Source: Gracilinanus agilis (lineage: Eukaryota). Taken from it: a stretch of 63,874 bases of DNA. Positions 48,032-58,941 of this stretch are shown here, in pieces. Where the stretch lies: assembly GCF_016433145.1 (NCBI RefSeq), contig NC_058131.1, positions 289,125,886 through 289,189,759 of the forward strand, read 5' to 3'. Within the stretch, counting starts at the first letter, position 1. Each line of letters opens with the position of its first letter. Position numbers and translations under genes: made by a program. Under the pieces are notes generated by a model. It was not told where the DNA came from, searched no databases, and worked only from the letters and a program-made list of their open reading frames with translations.

Positions 48032-48310
48032 GGTCACTCCCTTTTGCCCCCAGCGAGGACTCCACCGCCAACCCAGCAGCTGTCCCAGATAAAGCCGGTG
48101 GTCCAGCCCAGCCCCTCAGCCACTGGCCGGAAACCAGTCCGTAATACGTCATCACTCCGCGCCGCACCACCACCCGGAAGAGAGACGAGACAAGTGGCGG
48201 GCGGCGGGGTTGTCATGGAAACATGCGTTAGTCCTACTGCTTGGGACTGAGAGCTAAATGCTGCTGAGCTGGAGAAAAGGGGAAAGAGAGCGACTTGGAA
48301 ATGTGGTGAG
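47590..48310. promoter_or_regulatory. CpG-island bidirectional promoter of DNTTIP1 and the WFDC3-like locus
   Basis: CpG-rich. ETS CCGGAA at 48127 and 48174, CRE-like TACGTCA at ~48146, RFX X-box GTTGTCATGGAAAC at 48209-48222, and a candidate plus-strand donor tgtg|GTGAGA at 48306. Confidence 0.7.
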
Positions 48311-48419
48311 AGTGAGGACAGGTCTAAGAAGGGATAGCTAAGGGTGGGCTTTCAGACCAGCAAAGTCTTTAACTGCGGGGCCAGATGTTAACTTTTTGTT
48401 TCCCGGTGAAGTTTTAACA

Positions 48420-50700
48420 ATATGTATTTTTATTTTATTTTTTACCAATTACATGTAATAAATTTCTACGTAAGTTTTCTTAAGTTATATGGTCGAACTT
48501 ATCTCCCTCCTTCCCTTCTCTCTCTCGGTGCTGCCAGGCCATTCGATCTGTTCATTTTTGTGAGTAATCTTATAAAACCAAAACCCCCAAAACATAAGCC
48601 CAAATAAACAATCGAAAAATCGTATGCTTTTATCTGCATTCTGATGTCAACACTAATTTCTCTTGGAGGTGGACAGCATTCTTTATCATAAGCCCCTCAG
48701 AATTGTCTGGGATCACTATATTGCCGAGAGTAGATAAATCTATCACAATTGATCATTCTACAATATTGCTGTTATTGTGTACAATGATTTCCTGGTTCTG
48801 CTTATTTCACTCTATGTCAGTTCATGGAGGTCTTTCCAACTCTTTCTGAAATCACCCTGTTCATTCCTTACACCACCATATACCCCAATTTGTTGAGCCA
48901 TTCACCAATTGGTGGACATCCCTTTAATTTTCAATTCTTTGCCATTGACAAAAAGAGCACCTATAAAAATGTTTGTACAAGTAGGTCCTTTCCTGCCCTC
49001 TTTTTAATCTCTCTGTGATATGTCTACTGGATCAAAGGGTATGTTTTTTTTTTATAGCTCTTAGAGCATAATTCCAAATTGCCCTCCAGAATGGTTGGAC
49101 CAGTTCACAGCAATGCATGGCCTATTAACTGTTTGAAAATGCCCCTGGCATCCAAACTCAGTGGTTGTATGACTTTCAGTAAGTCTCTTTCTTTCTCTGG
49201 GCGTCTGTAAAATGAATCAGGTTAAGCTAGATGATCTTTTTGCTTTTGGATGAAACCTTATTAGAGTGGGTCTCTGCATCTTTTTATTTTTTTAACTTTT
49301 TAGCTATTTCTTTTTTAATATCTTTGCTTCCTATACTGTGCAACATCAGAAACTCAGAGAGGGCACTAGGTTTAAGACACATAATGAGTTTGTTTTAGTC
49401 ACAGCCCCATTGCTGGAGTATACTGTTTCTTTGAATATACTTCTAGGCTTTTCCTTAACTCTTTCTCTTCTCAGTCACCTATAGTACCCTCACTGAGTGT
49501 CCATTATGCACTTGGAAAATGTGTCAGCTTTTGAGTCTGATAAAACTGAGCTACCTGTTATTCCTACTACATGTCTAGTCCTTGTAATGAAAATTTCCTA
49601 TCCAGTCAGAAACCAATCAATTTTTTTTTTCCAACTAGGAGTTCTTCCTGAGGACGCATTATATAAAGGAGACTCTGGGCCTGAGTTCTGGGAAGTTGCT
49701 AGGTCCTGGTCTCTCCCTTAATTGTTTCTTTGGAGAAAATATAAACCTCTGGGCCATACTGAGGTCCCACACTTACTCTCAGTGTCACCACAATGTCTGG
49801 TAGCCTCTTTTCTATCACAGAGGCTCTCATATTTGGTATTGTTGTGTACCAGGTGCCTAGAGGTGAGCTCAAGCAATTCGTGGCCTCATTTTGGCTACGT
49901 GACCAGTTTCATGCTTCTCTAAAAATATTTTTTTTTACAAGTATTGATTATCCCTCCCCTCATTGTCCCCTACCCCTATCTCTCAACCAAACAGTTTTTT
50001 AAAAGCCTCAACAAATATGTGTAATCCAGCAAAACAAATTCTCATATTGGCAAAGTCCCAAAATGTATGTCTTATTCTGCAATTTTAGTCCATCATCACT
50101 CTGTTACGAGGTCGGTCCATGTTTCATCTTCAGTCTTTTGGACTTTTGGCTTAATATTGCATTGATCAGAGTTCTAAAGTTTTTCAAAATTGTTTTTAAA
50201 AATAATATTGTAGAAATTATTTTAGTTCTACTCATTTCATCAATTTCCCCAGTTTCCTCTGAGATGGTCTATTTTGTCATTTTTATGTCACAATAAATAT
50301 TCATTATCTTCATATACATTAATGTTTTATCATTCTCCAATAAGTGGGTACCCACTTAATTTCCAGTTTTTGGACTATTATGAAAGAGCTGCTATAAAGT
50401 TTTTGTATGGCTGGATCCTTTTCCTCCATCTTTGTTCTTTTTGTAGTATAGGCCTAATACTGTGATGACTTGGTTATAAGAGTTTTAACAGTTTAATAGC
50501 TTCTTGTGCTTTCTTCCAAATTGCTTTCTAAAATAACTGGACCAATTCATAGCTTCACCAACAGCTAATTAGTGTGCCTGTTTTCCCAAAATCCTTCAAA
50601 CATTTTTCATTTTCTTTTTTGGATCATCTTTGCCTATCTGATGAGTGTGAGATAGACCCTCTGAATTGCTTGAATTTGCATTTCTTTAATCATTAATTAT
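48420..50700 (-). mobile_element. LINE-1 3' fragments flanking the WFDC3-like signal exon
   Basis: Reverse-strand L1 3' ends at ~48420-49110 and ~49920-50700. Confidence 0.65.
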
Positions 50701-51462
50701 TTGGAGAATTTCTTAATCAGGTAAGGACATGGTAAGGTTATCAGTTTGATAATTTGTGAAGATAGTATTGGGGAGAGATTGGATACAGGGAGACCAATTA
50801 GGAAGTTACAGTCTAGTAACTATAGTCTAGGATTAGGTGAGAGATGGTAAGGCCCAGAGCTAGGATAGTTTTAGTTTTAACAAAAAGAAGGGGGAGAGGT
50901 TTGAGAGCTATTAAGGAGAGAGAATCAATAAGACTTGGCAACATTTTGGACATGGGAGGTGAGAGTGAAGAACTGAGGATAACTCCTGGGTGACTAGAAG
51001 TATCCTTAACAGAAATAGGGATGTTAGGATTGGGGCAGGGAGCAACAACTAACATTAAATGCCTATTATGGGCTAGGTACTATGTGCTGGGAATACAAAG
51101 AAAGATAAAATAGCTCCTGCTCTTAAGAAGCTCACAGTCTAATAGGAGAAACAATATACAAGCAACTATATTCAAACAGAAGAAATATATATATATATAT
51201 ATTTTTCTTCTACATAAATATCCATATAAATATATTTCTACTTATAATCACATCTATATGCATATACGTTATGTATATGTATGCCTATATGTATGTACAT
51301 ATACATATACAGAATAAATTGGAGATAATCTCAGAGGAGATTAAGGTATTAAGGGAGATTGGGAAAGGTATCTTGCAGATGGTGTGATTTTAGCTGACAC
51401 TTGAAGAAAGCCAAGGGGACAGATAATGAATTCACTTTTGGATGTTGAGTTCAAGATACTTT

Positions 51463-52304
51463 TGTTGTTAAAATGGTAATAATAATGTCATCATCTGTGA
51501 TTCTGTTGCAGATAGGACTGGTGTTTGTCCTGAGATCATTCTAAAGTCCATATACATATAAACTATTATGGGGAAAACCAGGGGAGTTGACTTAAATATT
51601 AAATGTGGGTTCAGAAGGGTGTGAGGGAGACAGGAATGACAGAAGGAAGGACCAAACAAGGTAGGGAGACTGGGTTTAACTGCTAAGGAAATGTCTGTTA
51701 ACAGAAGTGGCAACAGCCACTCTGTACCATCTAGACAAGGCCTATGGAAACTAGCAAGCAAATGACAAGATTTTATAACAAATTTAATTAAGGAAACTAT
51801 GGTAAAGGATGGGAATAGGGGTTTCTACACTTTCAGACTAAGGGCAAACCACAGGGTCAGGGGAGGGACTTATCTACACTCAACTGAGACCTAAGCAAGA
51901 CAGGGCCCAGAGAATAGCAGGACTGAAGTGGGTATCCTCACAGTGGAGTCCAGACTCACTCCAGTGATGTTCCAGCTCCTCCAGGATCACTAGCGGTACT
52001 CTTTCAGGTGGGTAGATTCTGGGAGCTAACCCAGCCCAAGTTAACCTGCAACTCAGGTGGGGATTAATAGTCTCTACCAAAATCTCCCACAAGTAGAAGT
52101 CAATCTTCCTTTAGGATCCCAGGGAATCAGGGTACAACTCCACTTCCTCTGAGGTCTTCCAGGGTCAGTTACAACTTGTCCCAACCACCATGGAATCCGT
52201 CTCAGAGTGAGAGGCATACTTCCTGTTTCCCCATTCCATTTGGAATTCTCGAGCCCTTCCTGTTAGGTCTCCTAAATAATAACTAAGTAATCCTTCTCAC
52301 AACA
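51463..52304 (+). mobile_element. Probable solo LTR
   Basis: TGTT...AACA termini, no coding homology recognised, located next to ERV pol. Orientation uncertain. Confidence 0.5.
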
Positions 52305-52422
52305 AAATCCCTTACCTTCCATTTTAGAATCAGTACTGTGAATTGGTTCTAAGGCAGAAGAGCAGTAAGGGCAATGGGGATTAAGTGACTTGTCCAAGGT
52401 CACATAGCTAGGAAGTGTCTGG

Positions 52423-52809
52423 GGCTATAAAGTCAATTTGTAGATGTTCAAATGGTGTGTAGGCTAATGCGTGTCCCCCAAATACCTTTCCTCGAAAGCT
52501 GTGATGGTTATAGGTTTGGCAAGTTACACAAGCTGTATATACTTTTGAGGCGATGTTTGTTATGCCAGGAGCTTTCCATACTTTCTTTACCAAATCTACA
52601 ATGCCTTGGGTTCCAAAATGACCATTTTTGTGGATTGATTGGCAATTTGTTGATAAAAAGTTCTAGGAAATATTGGTTTTCCTTCTGATGCCACCCATAC
52701 ACCATTAATTTGTTTAGCCTCAAAGTTCTGTTTCCATTTTTTAACCTCTTTCTCATTATATGCAAGGGGCAAATCTGCTTCATTTATAATTATCAAATTT
52801 AAAATCAAT
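52423..52809 (-). mobile_element. Inverted class I ERV pol fragment (RNase H-integrase linker, integrase zinc-binding region)
   Basis: Minus-strand translation ...WKAPGITNIASKVYTACVTCQTYN...PFEHLQIDF. Confidence 0.85.
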
Positions 52810-55360
52810 TTGGGGCCTTCTATAGAAACGAGTTTTGCAGCAACATCTGTTCTGTGTTTTCTTTTTGAGTTTAAGGAGGGCTGTTTAATACATTTTGTGG
52901 ATGATTTGCTCTTGGCCTCACCAAATGCTGAAGCATGCCAAGAAGATAGCAAACATCTCTTATTGGACACAATAAGAGAGGACACAAAATTTCAAAACCA
53001 AAGGTTCAGTGGTGTCTCCCCAAAGTGGAGTATTTAGGATTTGTTTTATCTGAAGGTTCACGTTTTATTTCACCTAAATGTATTGAAGATATTCAAAAAT
53101 TAAGTGCTCTATCCACAAAAAGACAACTGAGAGCAATTTTGGGAACAATTTTTTTTTTCAGACAATGGGTTACTTGCTATGGGGAAATCACAAAACCCCT
53201 TATAGCACTGACAAAGGATGCAGTTACAGAACCACTTAAATTGGATGCAGAACCCCTAGCAGTGCTTATAAAATTAAAGAAAGCAATTTTATCTGCCCCT
53301 CCTCTAGGCATCCCAGATTATAAGAAACCATTCACTCTGCATGTGCATGAATGAAAAGGAGTAGCCTCAGGTGTTTTAACACAAGCTCTAGGACCTGTTC
53401 AGTGTCCAGTTGCATATTATTCAGCTCAGTTAGACCCAGTAGATTCTGGAAAACCACCATACCTCAGAGGTGTTGCTGTAACAGCTCTGCTAGTAACAAA
53501 ATCTGCAGATTTAGTGTTGGGATGCCCACTAACAATAATGTGCCCACATGAAGTTGAAGCATTATTGCTAAGACATAGAACACAGTCATTCTCAGACCAA
53601 AGGCTTACAAAATATGAAATAACTTTATTAGACAATGAAAACATCACTTTAAAATGTTGCACAACACTCAACCCTGCTACATTGCTTCCAGATTTACCAA
53701 TCACAAGAGATCCATTACATAGTTGTGTAAGGATGAGATTTGTGCAAGGGGGATGGGACAAAAGGAGCCAGAAGAAGGCCATTGATGACAGTTACTGACA
53801 GTTGAGACTAGAGAGAATGCTGGGTATAACATCAAAATTTCATGTACTGTACCACCTACAGAGCTCAGAACAAATAGAAAGAATGAACAGGGAATTAAAG
53901 ACAATGATAGGCAAATTATGTACTAAGACTCATTTGAAATAGCCTGACACTCTACTTTTAGCATTATTCTACCTGCAAAGTAGGCCAAGGGGAGATCTAC
54001 ACATCTCACCATTTGAGATGCTATTTGGCCATCCACCTATTCATGCAAAACCATTTAACCCTGTGTATATATCATTATTAAGAGATATTACCATTGCCAC
54101 ACATATATAAGAGATCTGTAAATCAAAATAAAAGAACATTATGAATCAAGAGCTGTAATGCAAGCTGGACCTATAGACTTTTCATTACATGATTTACATC
54201 CTGGAGATACAATGTATATAATGAACTTTCAGTGCACTGGAGGAACTCAGTCAGCCTGGGAAGGTACATTCCAAGTACTTTTAACAACCCCTAAGGCAAT
54301 CAAGATAGGAAAGAGGACATTGTGGATACATTGTTCACATGTGAAAAGAGTACCTGCCTTCAAAGAAGATTAACTACATGCATAAAAAAAAAAGATTACA
54401 AAGACAACTGGATATTAGTTTCAAAGACTTGAAAAAGATTAACTGCACGCATCAAGACTACAAAGACAACTATAAAGACATTATTTTCAAAGACATGGAA
54501 CTCCTGAACTTATATTTTGCTGTTCAATAAAAAGGTTTGATTTCCTTATATGTAAAGGTTTAATTTTAAAATAGAAGAGTAATATTCAATAGGTAAGTAT
54601 GATTTATATTATGATATCTTATTATGTTATATTATGTTATTATATATTATATTATAGGATTTAGTAGTTCTATGTAGAAATAATAATTATTAATATATTT
54701 TATAGGGTTATAGAAAAAGTTATAGATATACTTTTATAGAAAAATGTAAAATTAACTAAATGATATGTAAATGGTAAAGTGTTATAAAATATTATAAGTA
54801 TTGATATTGTTTGTTTTGAATTCAGGGAAGTGCTATTTGTAAGTGTCTAGCAGACTCCCTATGGACACGTGGGGACTTTGAGACTACATTTCCCATGATA
54901 CCTACGGGTTTCTGGTTTCTGGTTTAAGGCGTGGGGACATCCAGCGTCCCCATGTATGGGGCAATTTAAATTCAGAGGAGGGCCTAGAGAAAGCCTCTTT
55001 CTGGGTTTTGCAGAGTGGCTGGCTGGTATACAAGAGGGACAAGATGGGCTCCAACGGTAAATTTAAAAGATAGGCACGGTCATATATATATTTTACCAAC
55101 ATGGCCATGGCTTTAATTAAAATACTAATTTCTCTTATTATATCAGTCTTTATCATTTTTAATCTTAACAATATTAGATCCACCTCAGGGGGGATATTAG
55201 ATGTATATAATGCATATATAAGGTGGATATTAGATGTATATAATGTATATAAAAGATTCTTGTTTATTTTTTTACATATAGTAACTATAAGGTATATTTA
55301 GATTAATATCTTTAGGTTCTTATTTCTGTAGAGTATAATAAGAATAGATTTTATTTATGT

Positions 55361-55525
55361 AGGAAATGATCATCTGTCCATCTGTTTCTAAGGCAACTCT
55401 TTCGAAATTTCATGGTATTATATCCTATTCATTGTATTCATCAGATTAGGAATAATGTCGAGCAGCTGGATAGAACATTTCAAGGGGCTGCATCTGGCCC
55501 GTGGGCCATAGTTTGCCCATCACTG
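55361..55525 (-). mobile_element. hAT-family MITE, truncated copy 3, inside an ERV
   Basis: Reverse complement of the 5' two-thirds of the 6567 element, ending ...tttgcccatcactg. Confidence 0.85.
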
Positions 55526-55778
55526 ATGTATAGTATGAATTTTGTGATTCTGTAACTGTAAATATTTGTAATTGTGTATTATTTGAGACTTGCATGTTGC
55601 AAAATTGTTTTGCTTTATTTCTTTCTGTCATCATTTCTCCGTTTTTAATATAGAGTACAAGATAGTTTTGTTTGAAAGATCCACTGGGGAGATTGGTCTC
55701 CCAATGGATCTTGAGGGGGGGATATGTTAAGAGAGTTTTTCTTAATTTTCCTCTTTTTCTCTTTAAGAGGCAAGGGAG

Positions 55779-55974
55779 TGGGGGCAGCTGGGTAGCTCAG
55801 TGGATTGAGAGTCAGGCCTAGAGACAGGAGGTCCTGGGTTAAAATCCGGCCTCAGATATTTCCCAGCTGTGTGACCCTGGGCAAGTCACTTGACCCCCAT
55901 TGCCCACCCTTACCACTCTTCCACCAAGGAGCCAATACACAGAAGTTAAGGGTTTAAAAAAAATTGAAAAAAAA
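55779..55974 (+). mobile_element. SINE1_Mdo-type SINE inserted in the ERV 3' LTR
   Basis: 14-bp TSD aagaggcaagggag (55765-55778 / 55975-55988). Confidence 0.92.
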
Positions 55975-58941
55975 AAGAGGCAAGGGAGCAAAAAGATTTC
56001 TGAGTAAGAGCCTCCCTGCTGTGTAGGCTGTCAGTTGGTTAGTAAGTTGCAGCATTTAGAAAGAGGCTTTTGTCTCTAGGTCCCCTGGGAAGAGGAGTGT
56101 GTGGCTTTCTCTTTGGGACTGGAAGTTTTTCTGAAAGTTGGAGATGGAGAAATGGATTTAAGGCCTTAATAGCCTTATTGATTAACTTGGGTAGATAGGT
56201 AGATAGATAGTGAGTAAATTATTAGATAAATAGAGTAGATAAGTAGGATGGGCTTGGTCCAGCAGAAGTCACTGCCCTGAAAGGCAGATCGATTCAAGGT
56301 TTTTTAGAAATTTTAATTAGGATTGGGATCTTAAGTATAGTTATAAGATATTAGATTACTCTTACTTTACTTTCCTCTTTTCTGTTTCCTATTTGAACTT
56401 TCCTAATAATAAACTAAGTGTTTTGTGTCTACCAAACTACTCTCCTAACCTTTGTTCAAACTCCTACCACCCTCCCCCAATTTTAACCCGTAATAAAAGC
56501 CTTTCCCTCTCCCTGTGGCTTAGGACATTCCTTAATTCACCTGCCCCTCTTCCCAGCACCCAATGGGACCATTTCTCCCACCCCTGTCTGGGGTAAGGAG
56601 GGGCAGTGGGGCAAGGGGCATGGCATTTTGTTGGGGATGGGAGTGGGGGTGGGATGGGGGTGAGACCCAGCACTCCATCTCCAAAACCATCCAAAACCAA
56701 AACCAGACCAAGACCATCATCACTGGCCCTAGGCATTCTAAAAAACTTCAGTGCCAACCTGTAATTTATTAAAGTAGAAAGAACTCTAGATTTGGAATCA
56801 GAGGCCCTGGGTTCAAATTTTACCCATGCCACCTACTACCTAGGCAAGATAGTTAATGCTGTTCAACCTCAGTTCCCTGATCTCTTAAATGAAGAATTTC
56901 AGAGAAAGAACCAATGCAGTCTGAATATAGACCAAAACATACTCTATTTCACTTCATCTTTTTTTCCAATTTCTTTTCCACAAAATGATTAATATGATAA
57001 AAATGTTTTACATCTTTGCATATGTAAACTCTATATCAAGAGTGCTTATTTTCTCAGGGAGGGGAATGAGGAAGGAGTAGAATTTGACTCAAGATTAAGA
57101 TGAAAAAAATTAAGGTTAAGAAAACAATGAGGAGTGTAGACTAGATGATTTGTAAGATCCCTTCTTACTCTGAATTTATGAGCCTTTGAACACCTTCAGG
57201 AGTCCTTCATGTTGCTTTGTTTTATAGGCAAGGGTGAGCAAGTAGCAATGCTGGGTAATTTGCTTTTGTGGTAGGTTGTTATTTGTACATAGTTGAATCC
57301 AAGGTGATAGAGTGAAAAATAATCAACAGGTATTTATGACTATATGCTAAGCAGTATTGTAAAGAATTGCAATTACAAAGATGAAAATGAAACAACTTTG
57401 GTCTCAAAGAGCTTACATTTGATTGGGAGAAACAATATATATTCATATAAGTACATGCAAAATCTCTACAAAGTAAAGGTAGTTTTTTTTCCTTGTAAAA
57501 AATTTTATTTTTATTGTCATGCAAAATGCACTTCCATAATAGTCATTATTATAAGAGCACACTCATGCAAAACCAAAACCTCAAAATAAAACCATAAATA
57601 CACTGATGTGAAAGACAATCAACAGTTCTTTCTCTGGAGGTCTATAGCATTCCCTGTCATGAATCTTTCAGAAATGCAGAGAAGCTAATTTTTTCATGGT
57701 CAGCACTCACAGCTGGACAGGATAGCTAAAAACCCTGGCCTGGAAGTCTAAAGACTTGTGTGGCATCTCTTCTAATTCTAGGCTCTGCTACAAACTTACT
57801 TTTTGACCTTAGAAAAAACCACTTCTTTCTCCGTTCCTCCCCCCCCCCCTGAGGGGTTGCAGACTAGATGACTTCTGAGATTGTCTTCAGTTTTATTGTT
57901 CTATATCCTCAGATCCTTTCCAATTTTGTTGCAGGGACCAGGCTGGTGTCTTAAAGATTCCTGTCCATCTAAGGAGGTTTGTATAGAAGATAAATCTTAT
58001 CCTGAAGAACAGAAATGCTACAGCACTCTCTGTGAGCGTATGTGCCTTGGAAATATCCCAGGAGTTAAGTTAGTACATTTCCAACTTCAGTTTGCAAATG
58101 GTTCTGGAATCAGAGACAGGCCAATATTTTAGGAGTAGTACTTGAGAAAATTTATATCCTTCAGTTCTACTCCTAGGTGCATTACACTTGCCTAGAATGC
58201 TCAGCTTCTCTAAGGGACCCATTTCAGTATATGTGGCAAAAGATCACTAGAAGTAGAATCAGAAACACTGGGTTTGAGTCTGGAATATGCCAGAAATTAT
58301 CAGCAAATCTCTCTCTGTATCAGTTTCTTCTCCTGTAATATGATTGGGTTTGAGTAGATCACGCAGAAGTTATATAGTTCAATCCTGTCATTTTAGAGCT
58401 ATGAAAATATCTAAGGACCAAGGAAGAGACCCAACATGTACATAATCTTATAGAGACAGAACTGTGACTTGAACCCTTTCTTTCCTTATTTCTAGTCCAT
58501 TGTTCTTTCCACTAAATCATGTTTCATCTTATTTTTTGAGGTGACCCCTTAGATCCCTTCAATTTCTTATCTTTTCAAGTCACCAAGATCTGGGATCAGG
58601 GAATGCCTTTCACCAGAGCCTAGGACTTTGTAGAGGTTCCACCTGGGAGCTTGGGAAGGTATATCTGGGGAATTGGTCCTTTGCCCTGTGTTTCTTCCAT
58701 AGATCAGAATTGCCAATGCTGTTACCCTCCACATCTTATATATAATGGGCTGCAGAATTGATTAAAACTGTCCCCTTGGAGAGTATTCCAAAGTCTGGCT
58801 GTGGTCTAAGTTGTCATAAGAAACTCCACTGAGTTTTGGATCACATAATCTTCAGATCACAATCCCTGAGAATTAGTGAGCTTAATGATCTTAGCACTGC
58901 ATCATAACTACCCATATGCTTCTAGGTTAATTACTTAGTAC

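Larger units (their letters stand above)
52810..56493 (+). mobile_element. Class I (gamma-like) ERV remnant: RT/connection, integrase C-terminus, env-less AT-rich region, PPT and 3' LTR
   Basis: FVDDLLLAS (RT YVDD motif), EYLGF, SAPPLGIPDYKKPFTLHVHE, LNPATLLP, SPFEMLFG, WEGTFQVLLTTPKAIKI...WIHCSHVK. PPT GAGGGGGGGATA (55713-55724), then LTR TGTT from 55725 with AATAAA at ~56408. Confidence 0.9.
49783..58832 (+). pseudogene. Decayed WFDC3-like WAP four-disulfide-core gene: signal-peptide exon 49783-49862, WAP exon ~57935-58061, WAP exon ~58703-58832
   Basis: It occupies the WFDC3 position, head-to-head with DNTTIP1. MSGSLFSITEALIFGIVVYQVPR|g gtgag resembles the WFDC3 leader. GWCLKDSCPSKEVCIEDKSYPEEQKCYSTLCERMCLGNI aligns to [39 protein letters not shown] with Cys losses. 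GCRID*NCPLGE...SGCGLSC aligns to [23 protein letters not shown] with a TAA (58763-58765) and frameshifts. Confidence 0.75.

Noticed and set aside
47720-48250. 165-aa plus-strand and related ORFs in the DNTTIP1 CpG island
   Set aside because: Stop-poor GC-rich sequence with low-complexity Pro/Arg/Gly translations. Only DNTTIP1 exons 1-2 are supported.
51463-52304. 5' LTR cognate to the LTR at 55725
   Set aside because: The two sequences show no visible similarity, so they do not bound one provirus.
52423-52809. Twin-priming inversion from L1-mediated retrotransposition of ERV RNA
   Set aside because: The inverted piece derives from downstream of RT, not from the 5' portion, and there is no poly(A) tail or TSD.
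57935-58132. Functional WFDC protein from the 83-aa ORF at 57881
   Set aside because: At least two core cysteines are lost, the donor site is damaged, and the next WAP exon carries a stop and frameshifts.
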